NCBI GenBank assembly: GCA_963848295.1
Contig: CAWKDB010000002.1
Span: forward strand, 416,001-480,000
Length of the DNA stretch: 64,000 nt
From: an uncultured delta proteobacterium
GTDB taxonomy: Bacteria; Myxococcota_A; Polyangia; Haliangiales; Haliangiaceae
Direction of reading: 5' to 3'
In this document: in pieces, positions 1-10,257 of the stretch
Numbering within the stretch: position 1 is the first letter of the stretch
Layout of the letters: each line of letters opens with the position of its first letter
Notes under the pieces: model-generated
What the model saw: the letters and a program-made list of their open reading frames with translations, nothing else
Told to the model about the DNA's origin: nothing
The model's database searches: none
Position numbers and translations under genes: made by a program

Positions 1-1418
1 GCGGGATTGTTCGGCGGCGAGACGCCCGAGCCCGCCGAGCCTTCCGCGGCCGCCGAGCCCGCTGCATTCGAGCCCGCCGCGGCCGCAGAGCCTGCCGAGC
101 CCGCCGCATTCGACGCCGCCGAGCCTGCCGCATTCGAGCCTGCCGCATTCGAGCCTGCCGCATTCGAGCCTGCCGCATTCGAGCCTGCCGCATTCGAGCC
201 TGCCGCATTCGAGCCTGCCGCGGCCGCAGAGCCTGCCGAGCCCGCCGCGCCTGCCGAGCCCGCCGCGCCTGCGGAGCCCGCCGCCGAGCCTTCAGCTTCC
301 GAGCCGGGGTGTGCGCCGCAATCGTCTTGGTCGTCATCGGCCGTCGACGGCAACACCCGCGGTTGCGAGTAGTCGATCGGTTCACCAGGTGACGGCATGT
401 CGGACGGCGATGGATCGATCGCGGCCGGCGGCGGCTTCGTCTGCGGCACCTTGCGGTCGAGATCATCGGCGAGCGGCTCGAGCCGCTTCATCGCGGCGGC
501 TTCCTCTTCGCGATCGCCTTTCGGCTCGATGTCGCGGACGAGCTGCGTGACCGAGCCGACCGTCGCCGGGTCGATGCCCTTGATGATGACGTTGTTGCCG
601 TTGTTATCCGCGGCGATCACGACCTCGCTGACCGCGAAGGGGGTCGACGCGAGCACGCCGGGCACCCGATCGATCTTTGCTTTGACTTGGCGCCATCCGG
701 TGAAGTCGCCGTCTTCGCGCGAGATCTGGAGATGCGCGTTCGACCCGAGGATCTTGTCACGCAGATCGGACTCGAAGCCGTTCATCACCGCGAGCACGAA
801 CACGAGCGCCGCGGTGCCGAGCCAGACGCCGCCGAGCGGCACGGTCGTGAAGAACGTGAAGAACGCGCGCAGCGTGCCGAAAAACACGCACAGCCCCGCG
901 ATCACGAGGCCGCCGATCACGAGGCCCAAGATCACGTCGCTCAGCCACGAACCAGGCGCGATGCCGACCCAATCCACGAGCTCGATCACCTTGGCGAGCA
1001 CGAACGGTTGGCTCAGCACCAGGCCGGTCAGCCACAGCCCGATCCCGACGTACAGCCCGATGACTGCCGGCCGCGAGTGGTGGACCATGACGCGCAGGAC
1101 CGCGATCTCGATCGCACGCGTGAGGTACCAGGCCGGGTCGTTGTAGCCGAGCACCGCGATCGACTTCGTGCCGAACACGAGCTGGCAGATCGCGCGCAGC
1201 ACGAGGCCCGCCACGATCAGGCGGACCGTGGTGCGCGTCCACTTGAACCTCGGCTCGAGCAAGTACCGGCGCGCGACGAACGACTTGAACGCGAAGCCGC
1301 TGAAGAACGGCTCGGCACCGGCGAGCCGGATCCACATCAACACGCCGATCGCGCCGACCGCGGCCAGGAACGGCAGCAGGTGGTCACGAACGAACTCGCC
1401 GATCAGGGTGACGAACAC
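1..1418 (-). CDS. Lipoprotein-releasing ABC transporter permease (LolC/E, FtsX-like); 3' end outside window
   Basis: Not in the ORF track because it runs off the edge. My minus-strand translation from GTG at 1418 gives MFVTLIGEFVRDH...GGVWLGTAALVFVLAVMNGFESDLRDKILGSNAHLQI...PGVLASTPF...NVIIKGIDP, the typical LolC/E N-terminal motif. It lies directly downstream of lysS. Confidence 0.85.
   Translation of the reverse strand, partial: MFVTLIGEFVRDHLLPFLAAVGAIGVLMWIRLAGAEPFFSGFAFKSFVARRYLLEPRFKWTRTTVRLIVAGLVLRAICQLVFGTKSIAVLGYNDPAWYLTRAIEIAVLRVMVHHSRPAVIGLYVGIGLWLTGLVLSQPFVLAKVIELVDWVGIAPGSWLSDVILGLVIGGLVIAGLCVFFGTLRAFFTFFTTVPLGGVWLGTAALVFVLAVMNGFESDLRDKILGSNAHLQISREDGDFTGWRQVKAKIDRVPGVLASTPFAVSEVVIAADNNGNNVIIKGIDPATVGSVTQLVRDIEPKGDREEEAAAMKRLEPLADDLDRKVPQTKPPPAAIDPSPSDMPSPGEPIDYSQPRVLPSTADDDQDDCGAHPGSEAEGSAAGSAGAAGSAGAAGSAGSAAAAGSNAAGSNAAGSNAAGSNAAGSNAAGSNAAGSAASNAAGSAGSAAAAGSNAAGSAAAEGSAGSGVSPPNNP
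25..300 (-). repeat. In-frame 15-bp tandem repeat (GAGCCTGCCGCATTC on +) and related 9/18-bp units encoding a GSNAA/GSA low-complexity linker in LolC/E
   Basis: Six perfect 15-mers at 121-210 plus degenerate flanking copies. The unit length is a multiple of 3, so the reading frame is kept. Confidence 0.9.
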
Positions 1419-1425
1419 GCGCCCG

Positions 1426-3126
<1,701 letters not shown>

Positions 3127-3162
3127 GGCGGCGGACCATATCACCTGTGCTAAGACGCCGAC

Positions 3163-4578
3163 ATGCCCCGAATGTTGGCGATGTTCGCGATCATCGGCGC
3201 GGCCGCCGGCTGTCACGGCCACGACGCGGCGCCACCGGCGAACGGCTCGGCCGCGCCAGCCGTGGTCGCCGCTGCGGATCCGTGCCGCCCGCTGTTCGCG
3301 CACGCCGAAGGCCAGCTGCGCTGGATCGCCGACGACTACGCCGGCGCCCTGGCCTGTGCGCAGAGCAAGCAGCTGCCGCTCGTCGTCGATCTGTGGGCGC
3401 CGTGGTGCCACACGTGCCTGTCGATGCAGACGACCGTGTTCACCGATCCGTCGTTCGCGACCGAGCGCGACAAGTTCGTGTTCGTGGCGCTCGATACCGA
3501 TCGCGAGGCGAACGCGGCGGCGCTCGGCAAGCTCGCGATCTCGGCGTGGCCGACGTACTACGTCCTCGACGACGGCGAGCACGTGCGCGCCCGGTTGGTC
3601 GGCTCGTCGAGCGTGCCGCAGTTCCACGCGTTTCTCGCCGCAGGTACCGCACGCGGCGCCGGGCCCGAAGAGCAGCTCGTGCTCGCCGAGCAAGCGCTCG
3701 CGGTCAAGGACCTCGATCATGCCGACCAGCTGTTCGACGCCGCGTTCGCCGCACTGCCGATGACGTTCGCGCGACGTCCGGAGGCGCTCGGCGCTTGGAT
3801 CCTGACGAAGCTCAAGCGCAAGGACTTCATGAGGTGCGGCAAGCTCGCGCTCGACGAGGCGAAGCACACCGGCAACGCGGCGGTCGCGAGTGACTTTCTC
3901 GGCACGGCGACGGCGTGCGCGGACGAGCTGGCGAAGTCCCCCGCCAACAAGGAGCTGGTCGCCTCGCTGCGCGAGCTCGCGATCGATCGCTGGATGCACC
4001 TCCTCGGCGATCCCGCCGCGCAGCTCTCGGTCGACGATCGCTCCGATGCGATGGCGAGCCTGCGCGAGACGCTCGATGCGGTCGGCAAGCACGGCGAAGC
4101 CAAGGCGATCGCCGAGGAGCAGCGCACGTTGCTCGATGCGACGGCAGCGAAGGCGCCGAGCGCGCTCGCCGCGATGACCTACAACTGGCCGCGCGCCGAG
4201 GTCTACGTCTATCTCGGCAAGCCGCTCGACCTCGTGCCCGCGCTCGAGAAGTCGGCGAAGGATCTGCCGCACGAGTACGATCCGCTCGCGCGGCTCGGCT
4301 GGTTGTACTGGAAGGCCGGCAAGCTGCCCGAAGCGGCGAAGGCCACCGACGGGGCGCTCGCGCTGGTCTACGGGCCGCGCAAAGGCCGCGTGCTATCGTT
4401 GCGCGCCGACATCGCCGCCGCCGCGAAGGATCCCGCGCAGCGCGGCTTCCGCGAGCAAGCGGTGAAGCTGTTCGAATCGCTGCCGGCGAGCCAGCAGAAC
4501 CCCGATGCGCTCGCCGCCGCGAAGGCCGCGCTCGCGGCGATCGATGCCCCGGCGACGAAGACCGCGGCCAAGCCGTGA
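3163..4578 (+). CDS. Lipoprotein with thioredoxin-like domain (WAPWCHTC) and C-terminal TPR-like helical region
   Basis: Signal peptide with AAGC lipobox, CxxC motif in [12 protein letters not shown], alanine-rich helical repeats. Confidence 0.8.
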   Translation: MPRMLAMFAIIGAAAGCHGHDAAPPANGSAAPAVVAAADPCRPLFAHAEGQLRWIADDYAGALACAQSKQLPLVVDLWAPWCHTCLSMQTTVFTDPSFATERDKFVFVALDTDREANAAALGKLAISAWPTYYVLDDGEHVRARLVGSSSVPQFHAFLAAGTARGAGPEEQLVLAEQALAVKDLDHADQLFDAAFAALPMTFARRPEALGAWILTKLKRKDFMRCGKLALDEAKHTGNAAVASDFLGTATACADELAKSPANKELVASLRELAIDRWMHLLGDPAAQLSVDDRSDAMASLRETLDAVGKHGEAKAIAEEQRTLLDATAAKAPSALAAMTYNWPRAEVYVYLGKPLDLVPALEKSAKDLPHEYDPLARLGWLYWKAGKLPEAAKATDGALALVYGPRKGRVLSLRADIAAAAKDPAQRGFREQAVKLFESLPASQQNPDALAAAKAALAAIDAPATKTAAKP

Positions 4579-4656
4579 TCGTCATTCGCGCGCGACGAGC
4601 TTGACCGCGAGCGGCGCTCCACGCCAAGCGCGGAATGTCCGGGGGCCGACGGCGGT

Positions 4657-5658
4657 ATGCTTCCGAGCATGAAGCCGCGGACCCTGCTTGGAGTCGTCGC
4701 GCCGATCGTCGGGCTAGGTGCGAGCGTCGCGAGCATGATCGACTACGTCTCGCCCGCGACGTTCTGCTCCGAGGCCGGCTGCGCCACCGTCCGCGCTTCG
4801 GCGTGGTCGCATCCACTCGGCGTGCCGATGCCGCTCGTCGGCGTCGCGTACTTCGCGGTCATGACCGCGCTCGCGTTTGTCGATCGGCCGCGGCTCCGGC
4901 GCGCCCTCGCGCTCGTCGGCGGCGCCTGGGCGCTGATGTTGATCGCGTTGCAAACGTTCGTGATCGGCGCGTGGTGCAAGCTGTGTATGATCGCCGACCC
5001 CGCGGCGATCGTCGGCGCGCTCGCGATCTTCGCCGGCGCGACCACGGTGCGGCCGCGGTGGCGCCACCTCGCGGTCGCGGTGCCCGGCCTCGCCGGTCTC
5101 GCGGTCGCGCTCGTCGCACTAGGGCATCACGCGACCGTCGATCTGCCGCCCGGCACGCCTGCCTGCATCGCAGCCGAACAGCAACCCGGCGTCGTCACGA
5201 TCGTCGAGTTTGTCGACTTCGAATGCCCGTTCTGCCGCGCGCTCGCGCCGAAGCTGTCCGACGCGATCGGCAAAGCGACGCCGCCGATCCGCGTCGTGCG
5301 CAAGATGGTGCCGCTCGAGCGCCACGAGCACGCGATGCCCGCCGCGATCGCGTGGTGCTGCGCGAACGCGCAAGGTCGCGGCGACGACATGGCCGCTGCG
5401 CTGTTCGCCGCGGATCCGGCAGACCTCACACCCGACGGTTGCGAGAAGATCGCGACGCGACTCGGGCTCGACCTGGTGCGCTATCGCACGACGTTCGCCG
5501 ACCCGACGACCCGCGCGGCGATCGACCGCGACGTCGCCGAAGCTCACGCCGCGGCGGTGCAAGGATTTCCCACCGTGTTCATCGGCGGTCAGCGGATCGA
5601 AGGCGCGGATCACTCGGTGTCCGAGCTCGTCGCCGCGATCGATCGCGCACCGCGCTGA
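4657..5658 (+). CDS. Vitamin K epoxide reductase (VKOR) family protein fused to a DsbA-like thioredoxin domain
   Basis: FCSEAGCATVRAS loop cysteines, TM helices and WCKLC in the VKOR part; then VEFVDFECPFC and GFPTVFIGG in the DsbA part. Start may be 4669. Confidence 0.88.
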   Translation: MLPSMKPRTLLGVVAPIVGLGASVASMIDYVSPATFCSEAGCATVRASAWSHPLGVPMPLVGVAYFAVMTALAFVDRPRLRRALALVGGAWALMLIALQTFVIGAWCKLCMIADPAAIVGALAIFAGATTVRPRWRHLAVAVPGLAGLAVALVALGHHATVDLPPGTPACIAAEQQPGVVTIVEFVDFECPFCRALAPKLSDAIGKATPPIRVVRKMVPLERHEHAMPAAIAWCCANAQGRGDDMAAALFAADPADLTPDGCEKIATRLGLDLVRYRTTFADPTTRAAIDRDVAEAHAAAVQGFPTVFIGGQRIEGADHSVSELVAAIDRAPR

Positions 5659-5670
5659 TACACTCCGGCG

Positions 5671-6087
5671 ATGCATCGAATGCTCGTCGCGCTGCTCGCG
5701 CTATCGGCGTGTCGGCCGCCTGCGAGGGCGAGCCCGAGAGCGGCGGTGTTCGATCTGCCGGTCGAGCTCGACTCCGATCGATTCTTTCTCGCGACGAAGA
5801 CGGCGTCGGGCGAACCGCTCCGGCTATACCTCGACAGCGCGGGCGGCATGCACCTCACCACCGGGGCAGCGAAGCGACTCGCGTTGCCGATCACGAACGA
5901 ACCCGGCGATGACGGCAAGCCGCAGCCGATGGCCGCGTTCCCCGTCCTCGCCGACGCGCACATCCCGCGCCCGGCCGGGCCGCGCGGCGTTAGGTGCTTG
6001 TCTTCGCGTTCGCGGCCATCAGCAGCTGCGTCCGGATCAGCTCGTCGAGATCGCCATCGAGCACGCCGTCGACGTTCGAGGTCTTGA
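5671..6087 (+). pseudogene. Probable truncated secreted/lipoprotein with a retropepsin-like aspartyl protease start
   Basis: LSAC lipobox, then RFFL...GEPLRLYLDSAGG...AAKRLAL, resembling the retropepsin-like LDTG region. After about residue 105 the frame runs antisense into the prfB 3' end. Confidence 0.45.
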
Positions 6088-7121
6088 GATCGGTGCGGTG
6101 GTCCGCGACCTGCTGGTACGGGAACAGCACGTAGCTGCGAATCTGCGAGCCCCACTCGATCTTGAGGCGCGCTTTCGCGTCTTCGGCCGCCTTCGCTTCG
6201 CGCTTCGCGAGCTCGTAATCGTAGATCTTGCTTCGCAGCATCTTCATCGCCTTCGCTTTGTTCGAGTGCTGGCTGCGCTCGTTCTGGCATTGCACGACGA
6301 TGCCGGTCGGCATGTGGGTGATGCGCACCGCAGAGTCGGTCTTGTTGACGTGCTGACCGCCGGCGCCGCCCGCGCGGTACGTATCGATCTTGAGATCCTT
6401 TTCGTCGATGTCGACTTCGATGTCGTCATCGATGTCGGCGGTGACCGTGACCGCGGCGAACGAGGTCTGGCGCCGGCCGTTCGCATCGAACGGCGAGACT
6501 CGGACGAGGCGATGCACGCCGTTCTCGGCCTTGAGCAGGCCGTACGCGTAGTCACCCGCGACCGTGAACGCCGCGCTCTTGATCCCGGCCTCTTCCGCGA
6601 ACGTCTCGTCGAGGACTTCGACCTTCCAGCCCTTGCGCTCGCAGTAGCGGATCAACATCCGCATCAACATCATCGCCCAGTCGCTCGCGTCGACGCCGCC
6701 CGCGCCTGCCGTGATCTGGACGATCGCACCGCCGCCGTCGAGCTCGCCCGACAGCATGCGGCGGAACTCGATATCGTCGAGCGCGCGCTTGACGCCGGCG
6801 ACCGCGGCCTCGGCTTCCTTCGCGGAGGCTTCGTCGGCCGCTTCCTCGGCCAGATCGAGCAGGACGTCGGCGTCGGATAGCGCGCGCACCTGCGCGTCCC
6901 ACCCGCCGACGATCTGCTCGAGCCCCTTCTTGTCGCGCAGCACGCTCTGCGCCTTCTTCTGGTCGTCCCAGAAGCTCGGCTTGGCCGCGATCGAATCGAG
7001 CTCCTCGATCTTCAGGCGCTTGTGTTCGACGTCAAAGTAACCCCCGGAGCTCGGCCACCTTCGCGGACAGCTCCTTGAGTTGCGCGCGCACCGCGCGGAT
7101 ATCGACGGATTCGATCGCCAT
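5990..7121 (-). CDS. prfB: Peptide chain release factor 2, expressed via programmed +1 frameshift
   Basis: ORF1 7121-7032 ([29 protein letters not shown]). ORF2 7033-5990 contains SPF (RVSPFDA), [18 protein letters not shown] and WGSQIRSYV. Confidence 0.97.
7031..7046 (-). promoter_or_regulatory. RF2 +1 frameshift site: internal SD-like GGGGG then TTA CTT TGA C
   Basis: The minus strand reads CGGGGG TTA CTT TGA C, matching the canonical CTT-TGA-C autoregulatory slip site. Confidence 0.95.
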
Positions 7122-7133
7122 AGATAACTCGTT

Positions 7134-8525
7134 CTATACCCGGGCGCGCCGCAGGCTGACAAGCTGAGCGTCGCCGAGTGCGACCGGGTACTTGCCGGTG
7201 AAGCACGCCGAACAGTAACCGCGACCCTCGGCGGCAGCCGCGCCGGCCACCGCCTCCATCATGCCTTCGTGGGACAGGTACGCGAGTGAATCGCTCGTGA
7301 CGTACTTGTTGATCTCGTCGATCGAGTGCGAGGACGCGACAAGCTCGCTGCGCGTCGGCGTGTCGATCCCGTAGTAGCAAGGGTTCGTCGTCGGCGGCGC
7401 GCTGATTCGCAAGTGGACCTCACGCGCGCCGGCGCCGCGCAGCATCTTGACGATCTTGCGCGACGTCGTGCCGCGAACGAGCGAGTCGTCGACGACGATC
7501 ACCCGCTTGCCGTCGACCAGGGCGCGCACCGGCGAGAGCTTGAGCCGGACGCCGAAGTGGCGGATCGAATCCTGCGGCTCGATGAACGTGCGACCGACGT
7601 AGTGCGAGCGAATCAGGCCCATCTCGAACGGGATGCCGATCTTGCGCGAGTAACCGACCGCCGCCGGCACGCCGGAGTCCGGCACCGGGATCACGACATC
7701 GGCGTCGGCCGGAGCCTCTTGCGCGAGGCGCTGTCCCATCCGCTCGCGCGCGCGGTACACCGAGCGGCCGTTGACGAGCGAGTCGGGCCGCGCAAAATAG
7801 ACGTGCTCGAACACGCAAAATGTTTGGGCCGTCGGGTCGGCGAGCTTGTGCGACGTCATGCCGCCCTTCTCGATCACGACCACTTCGCCGGGCTCGACGT
7901 CGCGCAGGTAGTCGGCCTCGATCAGATCGAACGCGCACGTCTCCGACGACAGCACGTAAGAGTCTTTGAGCCGGCCGATCACCAGGGGGCGGAATCCGTT
8001 CGGATCGCGCACCCCGATCATCTTCTCGTCGTTCGTGAGCAAGACGAGGGAGTACGCCCCGCGCACCCGGCGCAGCGCGGAGATCAGCTTCGTGACGATG
8101 TCGGGCTCGCGCGCCTTCGCCATCAGGTGGACGATCACTTCGGTGTCGCTCGAGGTCTGAAAGATCGAGCCCTGCGCTTCGAGCTCGGCGCGGAGCTCGG
8201 CCGCGTTCACCAGGTTGCCGTTGTGGGCGATCGTCAGCGCGCCTCCGGAGTACTCGAACAGGAACGGCTGGGCATTGCGCAGCTCTGACGATCCCGCGGT
8301 CGAGTACCGGACGTGGCCGATCGCGGCCGGCCCGGGCAGCGTCGCCAGCGTCTCGCGGTCGAACGTCTCGGACACCAGGCCCATCGCGGCGTGGCGACGG
8401 AGACGGCCGTTATTCGTCGCGGCCAGCCCGGCAGACTCCTGGCCACGGTGCTGGAGGGCATGCATGCCCAGGTACGCGATGTTGGCCGCTTCATCGTGAC
8501 CGTGGATGCCGAAGACCCCACACAT
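7134..8525 (-). CDS. purF: Amidophosphoribosyltransferase
   Basis: N-terminal [42 protein letters not shown], terminal CSACF. Confidence 0.98.
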   Translation of the reverse strand: MCGVFGIHGHDEAANIAYLGMHALQHRGQESAGLAATNNGRLRRHAAMGLVSETFDRETLATLPGPAAIGHVRYSTAGSSELRNAQPFLFEYSGGALTIAHNGNLVNAAELRAELEAQGSIFQTSSDTEVIVHLMAKAREPDIVTKLISALRRVRGAYSLVLLTNDEKMIGVRDPNGFRPLVIGRLKDSYVLSSETCAFDLIEADYLRDVEPGEVVVIEKGGMTSHKLADPTAQTFCVFEHVYFARPDSLVNGRSVYRARERMGQRLAQEAPADADVVIPVPDSGVPAAVGYSRKIGIPFEMGLIRSHYVGRTFIEPQDSIRHFGVRLKLSPVRALVDGKRVIVVDDSLVRGTTSRKIVKMLRGAGAREVHLRISAPPTTNPCYYGIDTPTRSELVASSHSIDEINKYVTSDSLAYLSHEGMMEAVAGAAAAEGRGYCSACFTGKYPVALGDAQLVSLRRARV

Positions 8526-8602
8526 GGACGGTGATTACCACGGCCGGCACGTCGCTGGGAAACTTGTGAATTCCGGCCGGTTGCCTTACCTTTTTTGTTA
8601 GC

Positions 8603-9511
8603 GTGCCACGCATTCTCTGGCGCGATGCGCAGGGCATCGAGGGTTCACTCGACCTGACCTCCACTGAGATCAGAGTAGGCCGCGCCATGGACTGCGCGAT
8701 CCGCACCGACGACGCGATGGTGTCTCGCCATCACTCGCGGATCTACTGGGGTGGCAGCGGCTACCTGCTCGAGGACCTCGGATCGGCGAACGGGGTGTAC
8801 TTCCAGGAGCAGCGCGTCCAGAGCCACATGTTCAAGCATGGCGACGCGGTCCGCTGCGGCAGCCTCTGGCTCCGGTTCGTCGACGTCGGGGGCGCGAGCC
8901 CGTCGCCGAGCACCGGTCAGCCGATGCAGCAACACCCGGGCATGGGGGCGATCGCGTCCGCCGGGCCAACCGGCCACGTTGCGGCCTTGCCGCACGCCCC
9001 ACCGTCGGGCGCACCGCCGGCAGCGGGCGGCGCGCCGGCTCAGGGCGGCGCCGCGAGCTCGGAGTCCGACAACGAGATCCGCGTCCTGCGTCGCCGGGTC
9101 GAGCAGCTGCAGACCGAGCTCCGCGTCTATCGCGCTCAGAAGTTCAACCAAGACGCGGCGCGCCGGATGGAAGATCTCGAGAACGATCTCTCCATGATGG
9201 AGATCGAGCGCGACAACATCAAGGGCAGGCTCGAAAAGGCCGAGCGCGAGCTGTTGGTCGAGGCCGGTAGCGTCAAGGTCAAGCGCGCGCTCGAGATCGC
9301 CGCGATGACCGCCGAAGTCGCCGCGACGCTCAACGACACGCTGTCGAGCCTGCGCATCGAGGTGATGGCCGCCGAGGGTGAGTTCGAGCAATATGCGCAC
9401 AACCTGCCGCGTGCGAGCTTCGAGCTGATCCGGCAGTCCCTCAAGGACGCCGCCGCGCACTGCGACCAAGCGCGCGAGATGCTCCGCAAGCTGCGCGAAG
9501 TCGCGGACTGA
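8603..9511 (+). CDS. FHA domain protein with Pro/Gly linker and C-terminal coiled coil
   Basis: FHA motifs VGRAMDC, VSRHHSRI, LEDLGSANGVY, GDAVRCG; heptad-like C-terminus. Confidence 0.88.
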   Translation: MPRILWRDAQGIEGSLDLTSTEIRVGRAMDCAIRTDDAMVSRHHSRIYWGGSGYLLEDLGSANGVYFQEQRVQSHMFKHGDAVRCGSLWLRFVDVGGASPSPSTGQPMQQHPGMGAIASAGPTGHVAALPHAPPSGAPPAAGGAPAQGGAASSESDNEIRVLRRRVEQLQTELRVYRAQKFNQDAARRMEDLENDLSMMEIERDNIKGRLEKAERELLVEAGSVKVKRALEIAAMTAEVAATLNDTLSSLRIEVMAAEGEFEQYAHNLPRASFELIRQSLKDAAAHCDQAREMLRKLREVAD

Positions 9512-9514
9512 CTC

Positions 9515-9608
9515 GGGGACGGTGTTCACCTTGTCAACCGGCGGCTGATCGGGATCGAAATGATTTCAGCGCCTTAGGTGGGGACGGTGTTCACTTTGTC
9601 AACCGGCG
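9515..9608. repeat. Two 29-bp direct repeats (GGGGACGGTGTTCACYTTGTCAACCGGCG) separated by 36 bp
   Basis: Copies at 9515-9543 and 9580-9608 differ at one base; intergenic. Confidence 0.9.
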
Positions 9609-9701
9609 ACGGGGCCACGGTCTGGCGGAGCTGCCTCGTTCGTAGTCGAGCCGAAGCTGCCGAGGCTCGTTCACGAATATCTCGAATTGATCTAAATGGT
9701 T

Positions 9702-9725
9702 ACATCGATACAAATGTATCGATGT
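9702..9725. promoter_or_regulatory. Perfect inverted repeat ACATCGATACA-AA-TGTATCGATGT, putative transcription factor operator
   Basis: 11-bp arms with a 2-bp spacer, in an AT-rich patch about 46 bp upstream of ATG 9772. Confidence 0.6.
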
Positions 9726-9771
9726 GTTTACAGTCACTGGACATCTGTCTTTGGCCGATTACATTTGGTGT

Positions 9772-10254
9772 ATGGCGGACGTCGTCGCCACCTCCCGACC
9801 CAGGCCTCGCAGCCGCGCGCAAACCGAATCGGTTGCGCGCCGGCGCCGCGATGACCGCTGGATCGGAACCACGGCGCTGTTCGCCGCGCTCCTCGCCCTG
9901 CCTCTCGCGCAGTCTAGCTGGCACGGATCAGAAGTCGCCGCGGTGCTCGCGGTCGCGGCGACCGCCTTGCTCGCCGGCGAGCGTTGGGCGATCGCCGTCG
10001 TCGCGGTGGCAGAGCTGCTGCTCGCTCCGAGTGTCGCCGCGCACGCATTCCTCGGAGGGCTCGCGCTGTGGCCCGGGCGGATCGCGTCGCTCGCGGCGCT
10101 GATCGCGATCGTCCCAGGCTTGCTCGCGCTCCGCCGCGCCGCCGCGACGCTCGTCATCGTCACGGGGCGCACACGCTCGCGCGCGATGTGCCGTCGGTTT
10201 CAGATCGGGCTCGTGATCGTCGGCGTGCTGGCCATGCTCGTGCCGCTGATCTAA
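9772..10254 (+). CDS. Hypothetical integral membrane protein (about 4-5 TM)
   Basis: Hydrophobic segments. ATG at 9772 is preferred over 9724, which overlaps the palindrome. Confidence 0.7.
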   Translation: MADVVATSRPRPRSRAQTESVARRRRDDRWIGTTALFAALLALPLAQSSWHGSEVAAVLAVAATALLAGERWAIAVVAVAELLLAPSVAAHAFLGGLALWPGRIASLAALIAIVPGLLALRRAAATLVIVTGRTRSRAMCRRFQIGLVIVGVLAMLVPLI

Positions 10255-10257
10255 GCG

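Noticed and set aside
7..372. Plus-strand EPAAF-repeat protein
   Set aside because: It is the antisense reading of the GSNAA repeat within the minus-strand LolC/E gene.
3127..4272. N-terminal extension of LysS (948-aa ORF)
   Set aside because: It is the antisense shadow of the plus-strand thioredoxin-TPR gene. LysS similarity begins near 3126.
8526..8602. Purine-related riboswitch upstream of purF
   Set aside because: Only 77 bp are shared with the divergent FHA gene and I recognised no aptamer consensus; the T-tract has no convincing stem on the relevant strand.
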